Assembly: GCA_037379345.1 (NCBI GenBank)
Contig: CM074516.1
Location: forward strand, 34,881,626 to 34,945,625
From: Perna viridis
Taxonomy: Eukaryota
Direction of reading: 5' to 3'
Length of the DNA stretch: 64,000 nt
The notes beneath the pieces were generated by a model. It searched no databases and had not been told where the DNA came from. It saw only the letters and a program-made list of their open reading frames with translations. A program made the position numbers and the translations under genes. This document shows, piece after piece, positions 12,301 to 27,300 of the stretch (position 1 is its first letter; the number at the start of each line of letters is the position of its first letter).

Positions 12301-15300
12301 GGACATATTATGAGCCAAGGTTCCTTTCTTTGCTTATGTGTATGAATAATTTCAAAGGTATAAATACGGAGTAAATTTGCCAAAGATGGCAGATTGCATT
12401 TGGCTTCAGTGCTGTCAACATCATTTGAAATACAAGGAAACAGCCATGGGAGGACTTAATGCTGCAAGAAACCATCATTAATGCAATCTCCCACCACACA
12501 GATACTGTCGTTTGACATTTATTGCATTTTACAATATCATACAATATTTTCTGCCAATATAGGAGCACCACCGGAGGAATTTAATGGGAACCATACTGAG
12601 TGAAATACAAGCATTATTTATGGTGGATAAGAAATAAGAAGGGACTTCAGGATGCATGGTTAATATTTTTAAGGATTGTTTGATGTGGAAAAGGAACTAG
12701 GAACTATTAACTTTAGTTGGTGAATACCAGCGCTGAAAGCTAATTAGTATTATAATAGGACTAGGATGAGGCAACACAACAAGTCACATAAGGTGTACAT
12801 TTTATTAAAGACACAGATACTGCTATCACTAGGGGTCAATATCGTTATATATCCTGCTGAATAGAAAACACATTTATTGTAATAAATTTATCATTCATTT
12901 TTAATTGGTTTGTTCTACATGCAGATTCCTACAGTATACATTGAAACATAATATTTAAAACTGAGAGTCATCTTATCAATCGGACCACTCACCATACCTG
13001 TTACAATATAAAATAGAATCATTCCCCAATAGATTTAGATCTGCTTCATAATCATAGGTTTCAATGCCTGTTAATCAATATACCCATGGTAAAATCAGAA
13101 CATACTTACATACAACAATAACAAAACTTCCTGAATAAAAAAAAATTATTTGAGGGAAAGGTTTATATCTTCTAATTACCGTCAAACCAGATAGGATATA
13201 GGGATCCACAACTCAACTGTTCTGGAGGTCGATTCAGGACATTCTCATAATTCTCAAATCTGTACCAATTATCACTACTGATCTCCCCATTAGAGTAACC
13301 ATAGTAACCATAGTGATACCAATATTCATTGTCACATGATTCATACTCTCCTGATTGAAGGATATGATCTACTGTCCTCTCAAAACTACTGGGTACAACA
13401 TGGTGGTTGTGACAAGGGTAGTCCCATGATGACGAATTGGTTGTATTCCTGGACTCTGTAATTAAGAAAGATGATAAATAGATTATAGTATTATATAACC
13501 TCCCAAGCTTCACTGAGCAGGAAATCAAATACAAGGCCCAAATTACCATAGTGATAATATTCAAAGAAAAAAATTCATTAACCCAATGATAATGCAGCTG
13601 TAACCATATAATAATTGCATTAATGTAGATATCAAATAAAGAAAAAATGTCACTGATGCCTAAAGTTCAACCCCCTAAAGATACATCATCCCTACAAATA
13701 CAATAAAACTGACTTAGCATCCTTGCAGATGTACAAGCAAACCTAGACAGTATAAAATCCCTGCAGATGTACTAAAACCTAGACAGTATATCATCCATGC
13801 AGATGTACTCAAACCTAGACAGTATATCAGCCCTGCAGATATACTCAAACAAACTTAGACAGTATATGATCCCTTCGGACCTAAACAGAATATCATCCTT
13901 GCAGATGTACTTAAACAAACCTAGACAGTATATGATCCCTGCGGACCTAAACAGAATATCATCCCTGCTGATGTACTCAAACCTAGACAGTATATCAGCC
14001 CTGTAGATGTACTCAAACCTAAACAGAATATCATCCTTGCAGATGTACTTAAACAAACTTAGACAGTATATGATCCCTGCGGACCTAAACAGAATATCAT
14101 CCTTGCAGATGTACTTAAACAAACTTAGACAGTATATGATCCCTGCGGACCTAAACAGAATATCATCCTTGCAGATGTACTTAAACAAACCTAGACAGTA
14201 TATGATCCCTGCAGACCTAGACAGCATATCATCCACACAAATATACTCAAACAGACCTAGACAGTATATCATCCACACAGATATACTCAAACAGACTTAG
14301 ACAGTATATCATCACCGCAGACCTAGACAGTATATCATCCACACAGATATACTCAAACAGACCTAGACAGTATATCATCACCGCAGACCTAGACAGTGTA
14401 TCATCCACACAGATATACTCAAACAGACCTAGACAGTATATCATCTCCGCAGACCTAGACAGCATATCATCCACACAAATATACTCAAACAGACCTAGAT
14501 AGTATATCATCACCCCAGACCTAGACAGCATATCATCCACACAGATATACTCAAACAGACCTACACAGTATATCATCCACACAGATATACTCAAACAGAC
14601 CTAGACAGTATATCATCCACACAGATATACTCAAACAAACATATACAGTATATATCATCCCTATAAATATTATAAAACTGACCTAGACAGTATATCATCC
14701 ACACAGATATACTCAAACAAACATATACAGTATATATCATCCCTATAAATATTATAAAACTGACCTAGACAGTATATCATCCACACAGATATACTCAAAC
14801 AAACATATACAGTATATATCATCCCTATTATAAAACTGACCTAGACAGTATGTCCTCTCACACATGTCATCATTACGTAGATACATAATCTCCTCACTAC
14901 CACATTTCATCACTGGTACACTATAACTCCAGGAACAAGGGGAACTATCTGATGAATGACAAGCTCTGAGGTATGAAATTTCTCCATCAATTGTAGGGAG
15001 GCCTCCTGCAAAACAATAAAGTATATCTATGCAGTACTGGCAGCTACTATAGTTAAAGTTTTATAAATTAAAAATTGTGAACTCATATGCAAATTTTTGT
15101 TTTGTGTTTGCCTAATAATGCAGGGGAAATTCAGAATTAGTGAATTTTGAGGGGGGAGATTACTGTACAAGTATCAATTTTTGTAATAATTTTTTTGTAT
15201 TTTCTTGGTGAAGTAATAAGTGTAAATAGTAGTACCTGCCAATTGGATTATTAACACTATGAATTACTTATCATTATTCAAAACTGTGAAAACCGATACC

Positions 15301-18300
15301 TGTGAACATATTCACTAAACAAATCCATGATAAGAAGCAACCAATGAAGTTAATATATGTTTTCTAGTACATGACTTCCTGAAAATATTGAACAACATTC
15401 TATACCTGACATTGAATAGAAATCAGAAATATGTAATATTAATAAGTAAGAGTTACCTTTCAGCCAGAAAGGACTAGATGATCCACATTGTCCTGGACCT
15501 ACAGGAGTTGTGGCTAGTTTATAGTCTCCTTCCATACCATACCAGCCTTTAGGTCTATATGAATGGCAATAATCTGAGCTATAGGGATCATAATTATCTG
15601 CATGTGTTGTGTTGTCATATGGTATCACAGTATAGTTATCACACGGGTCCACAGCCAGCTCTACAATAAGGAGTCTTAATACAATTATCAAAGTTTTAAA
15701 CATTAAGAATCCTAACTACATGACATTGTAAAACATTAACCTATACATTTTATGGAAATCAAATAATCATTAAAAAGGTTATGTAAAGCATGGCATCCAT
15801 TAATCATGTGAACATTTTGTTCTGGGATCTTGACCTTTGACCTTGAACAAAGAGCAGTCACACCTCTCTTCAGAGACCTTCCAAGGGAAACAGGTGGTCT
15901 CCTTACACAGGTTCATAGACCTTTCTACAGAGACCTTTCAAGGGAGACAGTTGGTCTTCTTACACAGGTTAAAAGAACTATCCTCAGAGACCTTCCAAGG
16001 GAGACAGTTGGTCTTCTTACAGAGGTTAATTTTACATAAAAATGCACAACATAATGATACCAAAATTAATAAGGCACAAAACACTGCATTTCTTATATTT
16101 ACAACTGATAACTGTCTTGCCAAAAGAAAAGAACAAACACCTTTAAAAACCTTACCCATACAATAACGTCCACACTCGTTAATATCAGGAGTGAGGTATG
16201 CCACATTAGTGTCGTTACATTTCATGACGTAGACATCCCAGCTGTGTTCACATTCAGATGTATTAGTGTTCATACATGCCTGCATTAAATTCATTTCTCC
16301 GTATGAACTTGGATAGGTACCTAAAACAGTAAAAACATATTTTTTTATATTTTTACTGTAGAAGAAAAATTTAAGTTCTTTTTCTTTGTGGATTTTATGA
16401 GTGCGAAAACAAATCCCACAATACAACATCCCTATAGGAAGATTAATACAAAATATCAGCAACCTGTGAGTGACTCAGAAAAAATGTGACAAAAAGTTTG
16501 TATATTACCACTGTACAAGGAAAATTTAAATTTTTGGCAAACTGGAAATAGATGTCATACGAGTAGGAAAATGCATCCCACAATTCAGTATACACATACA
16601 TGTATAAAGCTTTGTCTGGATTATCAACACTCAGTAATTTACAGAAGCTGAGAATTTTGTTATGAAAAATGTGTTACTGAATGAGGGAATGACAGAATGA
16701 TACAGGTAAAACAGTATACCCCTCTTCCTAGGAAGCTTGGGAAAACAATATCAAACTATACATGTATAAGTGTTAGCACAAGTCTGCATCATCTTAATTT
16801 CTCCATAAGATCTTGAGTAAATACCTATAAAGTTTTCCTTGGATTTCAAAATGTTTGAAGTTTCATTCTGGTATTTGCATAATGTGAAAAAGTTTTGTTA
16901 GGATATGAAACTTTTTCCATGGTTTAAGGGTTTAACTTCTCAAATATTCAATTTCTTATACTGGACCTTTGAAGTTTTCAAATGATTATTAAAGATGACT
17001 CAAGAGTCATCTTGACTTATCTTCAGCTGTTTACTCACCATTGAACCAGATTGGATACCATGATCCGCAATCTCCTGGTTCAACTGACTCAGTCAGAAAA
17101 TTTTCACCATTACTAAATCTATACCATCCTTGTGTAGAAACTGTGTCAGAAGAACTGTAGCCATGGTTACTATCACAGTAGAACCAATCATCATACTGAA
17201 GTGTGTACTTAGAAGATCTCTCAAAACTACTGGGTATTTTTCTATAGTCGCTATACATGTTATCACTGTATCTATAATCATAGCAAGGAGTGTCCCAAGT
17301 CTGAGTCCAAACTGGTTCCTTGGGTTCTGTAAAAATATAATCAATAAATTAAAAAAGGTTTTTTGCTTTTAGGAAATACCTCCCTCTTTTTTAGAAACTA
17401 AGTGTTTACTTTTATAACAAAGACACCCTGTGATTAATAAAATGGCCTTTGAACCCTAAAACTATTTTTGAATGGCCTCATATAAAAAAATTGCTCATTT
17501 ATACTGTTAACAAACTTCTGGAATCTGCATGTCTTGTTTTGTTTTCACTTTCTGTTTACTTTTATATTGCCAGAGTATAGACTATTTTGCTCTGCCTGTG
17601 TACTATGTTGTTTTGCCGCCAGTTGCAGCCAGCCCTGTTGTGTGAGGGTTTCCTTGTCGTTCATTGAAGACCCATAAGTGGCCTTGAGCTGACATTTTTC
17701 ATCCCTGTGGGTTTTTTTTTCTTTAACATATTCACCATATCCACTCTCCTTATATTTATTACATTTTAAGTTAAAAATTAATTTTTGCAATTTTTGCAAA
17801 GACAAAACCCTTGCAAAAAAATCTGAAAACCCTTACCAATCAATGGTTTTAACCACTCGACTACAGGTAGATCTTAAAAAATAAATCTCAGCAAACTTAA
17901 ATTCAATCCTTATAAGACAAAATAGGCATATGTGGTTTACAATAGGAATTAAATACTTAAAGTACCTTAGTATCATAATTCAATACAACAGTACATACCC
18001 AGACAATATCTGCCACACATTCCTCTTTGTTTCAAGTAGAAGATGTCAAAATCTCCACACTTCATCACAGGGACACTCCAGTTATACTGACAAGGATTAG
18101 AACCGGATACTTCACAGGCAAACATATAGTCTATTGTATTCTCCTTGGTTGGGAAGTTTCCTGAAAAATGTATGTTTAGATTGTAATCATTCATGGAGAG
18201 AATGAAAGGATGACTTTTAATTTTCCTTAAGAAGTCTGAAATATTCCTGATGTCCTTGGATATCAATGTGTTCAGATGCCATTTGCCATCATCAGATACA

Positions 18301-21300
18301 ACTGTTACTAACTAGAACTGGTGATATCATTGATTGATACCTCTTACTTGCAAAACACTGACAATTGAAAACTCTGAAGTTGGAGCATCTTCCTTTGCAA
18401 GCATCTGGCAATAATTATCTTACTACATGCACATTTACATAAGACGCCTCAGTCTCTTGTAAAATTTCATGAAAATCTAAAGAATGATTTAGAAATTACA
18501 CTTATAAGTTACCTAGACAGATAACAATTCTTACATATCCTAAAAAAAACTGTTAGCAGGGCATAAAACTATAAACTTTGAGAAAATAAAATAATTTAAG
18601 GAACTTGGGAGCTTGGTTTTCTTTTCTGGATGTATCCAAATGATGGAACAACAGAAAAACAAATTTTAGACAAGTCTTCCCATGTATTTTCAATAGCAAC
18701 TTTAAGTGGTGAAAACCACCAAAGAGGCAACAACAAAAAAAAGCTTTCTGAGTAATCAAAAGACTTAAGTATTTACTATTTTGGATTTAAGTTATACTCT
18801 AGGGTATTTGTCACATTCCCCTGTATCAGTTCTTTTTTACATTGAAGATAGATTAACAGATAGACAGTGGTACACTCTACCTGTCAAAAGATGGGGATAA
18901 AAATACATCAATTCAGAATGCTTTGCATGTCACTATTATATCATGTCCTAACCATTGGTGAAAACAGTCTCTTACAGTTGTAACCTTATGTGACCTTAGG
19001 TCTCAATATATAACTGAAAAATAATTGACTGGAAACACACTGAAGCAAACATACTTAGTACACATGTCATCATCCAGTATGATATCCAATTTAATTCATG
19101 TGACAACAGCCTAACATACCTTTAACTAGATCAAACCATGGTAACTACAATGATTGCCACTCAGAAGTTTGCTTTCTACCCATGATGTAATTAATTACCT
19201 TTCATCCAGATAGGATTGTAGTAGCCACAATGATTTGGACCCAGTGGTTTGTTTTGTGGTCTATAGTCTCCTTCAAACTTATACCATCCATCATTTAACC
19301 AATCACAGCTGTACATGTACATGTAGTCTGTCACATTATCAGCATGTCGACTCTCATCGTAGTCAATAATGGTGAAGTTAGAACATGGATCAATGTCTTG
19401 TTCTAAAATATTAAGAAACAAGTTAATTACTTTTATCCTATGCTTTGCTTCACATCAAATAACATTTATTTTATATCTATTACTTGTTAAACTATGTTCA
19501 AACAATGACACTCCAACAGTATTATAAACAAAAGGTTAGTTACAAGCACTGACATACTTATAACACAATTTCATTCTGTAAGTTTGCATTTTACAGTATT
19601 CATACCTATACAATATCTGCCACAGTCATACTGGTATGGTACAGGTTTTAAATGAGCTACATTAAAATCACCACAATTCATGACAGAAACATTCCAGCTG
19701 TGATAACAGTCAGAATCATTGACCACCATACAGGCTGTCAGGTTAGATAACTCTGCGTACTGCGTAGGATAAACACCATCTGGAATGAAACAGAAATTAG
19801 AGTCAGAATCATTGACAATCATACTAGCTGTCAAGTTAGAAAACTCTCCATACTGAGTAGGATAAACAACACCTGGAATGAAATAAAAATTATACTCAGA
19901 ATCATTGACCACCATTCAGGCTGTTAAGTTAGATAACTCTTTGCACTGGATAGGATATTTACCACCTGGTATAAAATAGAAATAAAAGATAAAATTGTCA
20001 TAGTGGCTAAGTTGTGGAATTTGAATCAGATTGCCTGACACACCTATATCAGCTTTAGCCTTCCATATAAAATCTGAAAGATTTTCCATCAAGCAAAACT
20101 TGGCCTTCCTCCTCCTAAACCCGGTGAATATATTCAACCTTTAAAAATAAGCTAATTTCCCTACAAACACCATGATAAGAAGTATAATCACTATTAGTTT
20201 TTTTTATAGTTTGTTAATGACCCCTGCTGATCCATAAGTCATCGGGTGAGGCAGTATCTTGTACCCTACTGAACAAAAGTGGAGGGGGTCTATTAATTCA
20301 AACAGGAAATGAGTGACACAAATCTCCTAGTCTTCATCATTCTATGGTGAAATTATTTTCATAAAATAAGTTACATAGAATCCACTACACAAGGATGTTT
20401 TAAGAAATGTTACTTCTGAATACAGGTTAAGACATGTTTTACTGTAATGACATTCTACAACCCATGAAAAAACTGAATTTTTTTGTCACAACAAGACTTC
20501 ATCAGTTTAATAATAAGACTGTATTTTTCTTACCATCAAGCCATATTGGAGACATAGTCCCACAGTCTCCAGATTTGACCGGACGTGTGGGAATATCTTC
20601 TCCGCCATTAAATCTGTACCAATCTTCATAGTAAATATCATGATTATCTATATGGTTCCGATTATCACAGTATTGTCTGTCTCCATCCTGTCTGGTGTAG
20701 TTTACACTCCTCTCAAACTGGCTTGATACTACACGATGATTGTGACAAGGTACATCCCATGGGATATCTCCAGGTTCTGTAATTTAAAGATACTACCCAG
20801 TATATTTTTGAACTAGAGAATGTTGATTTGGTGATCAGAGATAACTGTCTATTTCAGTTTTTTTTTATGTGCAAAAGAGTAATTACCCCTAAATGATAAT
20901 TGTACCATACCACAGACCATAACCAAACTTAACTAGTATAATATAGTTCATTGTCTTGTGTTTTTTTTTTCTAATTGCATTGTCTGAAAATAAAAGTGAA
21001 ATGAAGAAATGATGAACACAAAAACAAGATGACCTTCATAAAAAATCTGACTTTTACAAAAATGTCTTAAAGTTTGGGCATGGAAATATCAGTATCTATG
21101 GTTACCTAGACAGTATCGTCCACAGTTGCCTGAGGATTGTAGATAATAAATGTTGTAGTCTCCACATTTCATTGTTGGTATGTCCCAGGTATAGTAACAA
21201 TGTGTATAAGAATACATTGAGTCTGACTCGCAGGCTTTCACATACTTTATCTCTTGATCAACTGTTGGTAGGGTGTCTGGAATAAAAAAAATATACTCAA

Positions 21301-24300
21301 TTTTGATAGTCTTGAAAAATGATTCAAGATGAAAAGAATCATCATAATTAATTTCTACTAAAAATGCTGCCTATGTGATACACAAATTTACACTATCATC
21401 TGTTGTATGCAGATGATAATGTTTAGAGTTTAAGCTAAACCAAATCTATATCATACCATTAATCCAGACAGTATTGTATGATCCACATGTTCCTGTACCA
21501 GTAGGAGAAGTAGCCAGGCTGTAGTTTCCTTCAAATTTATACCATCCAGGACTAAAACTTGTTGATTCACAGTGATGCGTTGTGGTTGTATAGCTGTAGT
21601 CGGAGTGACGAGATTTATCATATTCTATGGAGGTGTAGTTATAACATGGGTCAGCTTGTGGCTCTACAAAAAGTAAAGAACAATAGAAATGAATACTGGC
21701 CTTAGATTATTTACAAACCAGTGAACATGTTGAGCTGAAAATGATGCCTCCCTCAGCCTTACACAGTCAGATCATGACCAAAAAATGAGATGCACATTAC
21801 ATGGTTTAGGAATGTCAATTTAAAGTTGACCAATGAAAGTTGACAAATCACTAGCAATTGGTGCTTTTCCCTCAAACAAATTCAGAAGTAAAATTTTGTA
21901 TAGAATGATTCTGCAATATATTATTCCTGTCTAGTTAAAATTGGTCTAGTAGTTTTCATGAATTTTGCAAAATGTCAAAGCATACAGACAAAGACAGATG
22001 GTAAATACAAAATGTTGGCAAAAGCTCAGCCAAAATAAGGATAATTATAAGTATTTTTATGCTGTGATAAAATTTTTAACAGATCAAAACAAGAGCATGT
22101 AATACTAAGAACTATGAACACATACCTGTGCAATATCGTCCACATCCATTGATGTTTGGATTCAGGTAGAAAGTATTGTAACCATGGCAATGCATAACAT
22201 AAACATCCCAGGATTGTTCACAGTTAGAATCATTCCCCACCTTACAGGCTTTCATCACAGATGTCTCTCCATACTCAGTTGGATAGGTACCTACAGAGAA
22301 ACAAAATAGTTAGAATCATTCCCCACCTTACACGATTTCATCATAGACGTCTCTCCATATCAGTTGGATAGGTACCTACAAGTAAACAAAATTAAGTTAG
22401 AATCATTCCCCACCTTACAGGATTTCATCACAGATGTCTCTCCATACTCAGTGGGATAAGTACCTACAGAGACACAAAATAAAGTTAGAATCATTCCCCA
22501 CCTTACAGGCTTTCATCACAACTGTCTCTCCATACTTAATGGGATAGGTACCTAACGAAGGAAATGAAGACACCCTTACTAAGCATTGTTATAACTGCTG
22601 CTACTTGTATCACCAGAGAAATGAATTAAAATTTCATACTTTTATCATTAGCTCTTCCCTCCTACTTAAACTAAGAACACTTGACTAAAAGATTAGCTCA
22701 AGAGTGAATTCTGACTGACAAAAAAAGTTCCTCATTACCCAATCAAGTAGTTATGTTTTTGTCAGCATACTTCAAATTGTTAGATAGTTAATAAATTAAG
22801 GGCTTGAAAAACCTAATATTAAGAACTGCACACAGGTAAAGACAGAATTTGCCAATCCTACCTTCAGTCCATATAGGATACCATGTCCCACACTGTCCTT
22901 GGTCTGGGGTTGAGGTCAGGAGATTTTCATGGCTGCCAAATCTGTACCATTCTGTCATATGAATACCATCCATGTGGTAATTATAGTAACCATCACATTT
23001 GCCATTATCTCCTGGTTGAAGTCTATTATTGACCAATCGGTTGATATTACTATTTCTAGATGAGTATGACCAACATGGTCTGGTCCAGGATCTTTCCCAG
23101 GTTGTATTTAAAGCCTCTGTAAAAACAATAACTGGTTATAAGTAGCATTAATACAAATAAACTGATGGTTTGAAAAAAAAATCAATTAAAAACTGATTTT
23201 GTTCCACAAACCTCAATACCGTAATATTTACTATCAACCACTGACAGGGCTGGTTACATTATGTTGATATACAACAGAAGCCGAGTTGATAAAGTCATCA
23301 CAGAATGCAGTTAAAAGTGTTAGATCTATCCTCAATTATTTCCTTAGTTAATTGAAACATTAAATGTAGATTATTACAGGCATCCCTAACTTAGACATTC
23401 CTTGTGGATTCAGATGCTGGACACTACAGGCACCCCTAACTTAGACATTCCTTGTGGATTCAGAGGCTGGACACTACAGGCACCCCTAACTTAGACATTC
23501 CTTGTGGATTCAGATGCTGGACACTACAGGTATCCCTAACTTAGACATTCCTTGTGGATTCAGAGGCTGGACACTACAGGCACCCCTAACTTAGACATTC
23601 CTTGTGGATTCAGATGCTGGACACTACAGGTATCCCTAACTTAGACATTCCTTGTGGATTCAGATGCTGGACACTACAGGTATCCCTAACTTAGACATTC
23701 CTTGTGGATTCAGATGCTGGACACTACAGGCACCCCTAACTTAGACATTCCTTGTGGATTCAGATGCTGGACACTACAGGCACCCCTTATCTAAACAGTA
23801 TTTGCATCACAATCCATGAGGTTTATGATAATTAAGGCAACCTTACCTTGACAATATCTGCCACACATTCCTTGTGGTTTAAGGTGCATGATATTAAAGA
23901 AGCCACATTTCTTTACAGGAACAGTCCAGCTGTAAGAGCATGGGTTGATGTTTCCACCCTGACAGGCTTTCATGTAGGTAATTTCTTTGTCAGCCTCTGG
24001 TAAGTTTCCTAAAGAAATTAAAAAAATTCTTATTTCAGTTTATCCAACTACTAACCAGGAACAAAGGGGATGCAATAATCAAACAAAGAAACTGGGTTCA
24101 ACAGAATTAACAGCTGTAGAAGACATACAAATTTTCCTGCTGAAGCTTTGTATCAAATATAACGTTACCTGCTCAAAAGAAACTGAAAAGTACAACCAAA
24201 ATAAAAACTGATTTGTCCTTAAATAAACAATAAAAGGATGACAGGAACTAAATCGCTCAAAAAGACTTCTTCCTCCATGACAAGTACTGAACATTCTAAT

Positions 24301-27300
24301 TCTTTCTATGGGAGTTAAGGTTCTTTCCAAACATTATTTTACTGAATTCTTAATTTCATTGTTTCACAATAACCACAAAAACCAAAAATTTTGATACCTG
24401 AAGGAATAATAATGAAAGTACACCACAGTGGTTTAAACAAACCTTTCATCCAGATTGGTTCAGAAGTACCACATTGTCCATTTCCTACAGGTGTCATGGC
24501 TGGTTGGTAATCTCCCTCAAATCTGTACCATCCATCAGAGTAGGAATAAGATTCACAGCCATACCCACCCATGTAGTTATAAAAGTCCATGTGTCGGGTG
24601 TGGTCATATTCTATCAGGGTATAGTTATCACATGGGTCTGCTGCTGGTTCTGTTGGTACCAAAAAAATTACATTAGACTACATGAAATGTACTCAATGAA
24701 TACAAAGGCACCTGCAACTCTAAATTTCCAGGAAGTTTCAAATTCTCATTATACAGAAACTGCATATCAGAAATGAAATCATTCCCATGAATAAATTCCA
24801 AGTCCTTGCTTACAAAAATTATTTGGCAGACATCGATGCAGACACCCCTATATATTTATTATAAAGGTGGGGAAAATTCAACACAGTTCAACAATAACTA
24901 AAACTCACATCAATGTATTTTTTTTCAGTAACTGAGGTTTTTTCAATATTACATAAACCAAACACATTTTATTAAAAAAAGGTTAAGATGCAATAATAAA
25001 TTCACACAATAATTTTCTGAATCTTTTGAAAATACTCACCAGTACAATATTTGCCACAGGGTTCATAATAACTAGGAAATCTGAGTTGAGCTACATTATA
25101 GTCCCCACAGTTCATTACAGGAACTGACCAGGTTTCATTACAGTTAGTATCATTTCCTACCATACAGGCTGTCAAGTTATACGTCTCTGCATACTCTGAT
25201 GGGTACTGACCTGGAATAAACAAATATGTATACAAATTAAATTCAGTATATGTAGATATAACTACTTGTATGTCAAGACAGTTAAGTACACCTGTATCAC
25301 TGATACATTTGTAGCTTATAGTTGTGAAAGGCTGAATGCAACTGTCACAACCTGATACATGGAGATGTTTCTACACTTAACTGAAAAAAAAAAAATTTAC
25401 CTAAATTTATATTTTCATTGTTATAAATTATAAGTATCAGGAAAGAGCCTGAACATGATCTTCTAATAAAACTTCAGAACCTTCATTCTTAATTAATCTA
25501 AAGGAGATTTACATCACATACCAGTCACATAACACCAGATTTGAAGCTCATTCTATACAGAAACAGAAACACCTTAGTGGAAGTCTATTGAGATATTGAA
25601 CAAATTAAACCAATCAAATGTCCCTGTACAATAAAGGCCATGAAACTGCATGAAAGAAAGTAAGTTGCTTCCCTTTGTTGGAACTTCACTATATCTGTGA
25701 TTCTACTTCATCAGCTAATGTAATTTTTATTTGTTGGGAATGCTGGAAAGAAGGTATCTTCAAATGTGCCTTAAGAATGTAGCTATTGCTAAATCAAACA
25801 TCAAAACATCAAATTAAAAAAATATACTCACCATCCAGCCATATTGGTCTCCATGATCCACACTGTCTAGGTTCTGGTGGTGATGTTAGAATGTCACCAT
25901 CGCTAAATCTAAACCAGTTATCACTATACATGCTGCTATAAAGATAGTTCATGTTCCATTGTCTGTCACATTGTTCCATGTCACCATTCTGTAGGGTATA
26001 GTTTACACTTCGTTCAAATCCACCCTTCAGAATATGGTGATGATGACATGGTACATCCCATGGGATATTGCCTTCCTCTGAAAAAAGATGAGATAATGAT
26101 TACTATACCATAGAATGGTGAACAAGAATTTGCGCTTACAAGGTTTTAGCTTGTAAAACCTGTAAGATTGATTATCTCTCTATGCAGGCATCAGACAGTA
26201 ACTTGACTCCTTTCAAGCAAATTTATATATGAGACAAAAACATCAATAAAATTTCTTCAAAATCCTTTGAGTGGTTCAGGAGGAGTTACACTTACAAGAT
26301 ATGTGGACAGACAACTGGATGGACATGACAGACAGGCAGCCAGGAAATTCCGAAATAACCCCCCTCCCCCTCCTCCAAAAAAACCCCAAAACAAAACAAA
26401 CAAAATATTGTTTGCAGGGCTATTAAAAATACCAATTGAGAAGCCTTTTTTTAACAAAAGGATGAAACATGACTCTTAAGAGATTGTAAGAAATAATAAT
26501 CAGTAACCTTTTTACAGATAATTAGGATTCTAACCAAAGAAAATAAAATCTCTATATTTACCTAGACAGTACCGCCCACAGCTGCCTGATGACTGTAGAT
26601 GGTAAATATGATAGTCTCCACATTTCATTGTTGGTATATCCCAGGTATTGTAGCAATCCATATAAGAATACATGTCACTAGCTTCACAGGCCTTTACATA
26701 CTTTACTTCTCCATCTACTGTGGGGAGGGTGTCTGGAACAAAAAGAGGGACAATTATACACAGGTATAGTAGCAATACATATCAAAATAGAGTCAGATTC
26801 ACTGGATTACATATACTTACATACTGTAACTATACAGTGGGGGGATTATGAATGTTTATCTTCCTATCTGACCTAGCCTAAACATCGTCTGAATGTTGTT
26901 ACCTCTTTTCTTTGCAGACAAAAATCACTGTATGTATGAAGGATGAACAACTAAATCTATAAAAATATCTGATATTCAGAAACAAATGATGGATGACCCA
27001 CAGAAAAGTGTCACACATAGTTCCATCTGTCGTGCTGAAGCTACATACCAAACTTTAAGTTCTTTCTATAAAGATTGTCTATGTTTTGTGGCTGTACAAA
27101 GGTTACAGTATTGTCTAATACTAATTAATGACAGTAAACTAAATACCCCAGTAGCATTAAATCAGAGGAAAACATTGAACAACTTCATACCATTGATCCA
27201 AACAGGACTCTGTGAACCACATCTCCCTGAAGCTGTTGGTGAGGTAGCAAGACTGTAGTTTCCCTCAAATCTGTACCATCTTGAACTGAAGCTCATTGAT

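Noticed and set aside
13772-14594. Long repetitive ORFs on both strands (up to 172 aa)
   Set aside because: Translation of a minisatellite, with no domain motif or exon context
23381-23790. Regular 50-bp array (also 44861-45268 and 61814-62348) resembling a CRISPR array
   Set aside because: Head-to-tail repeats without unique spacers, no cas genes, and a spliceosomal eukaryotic context
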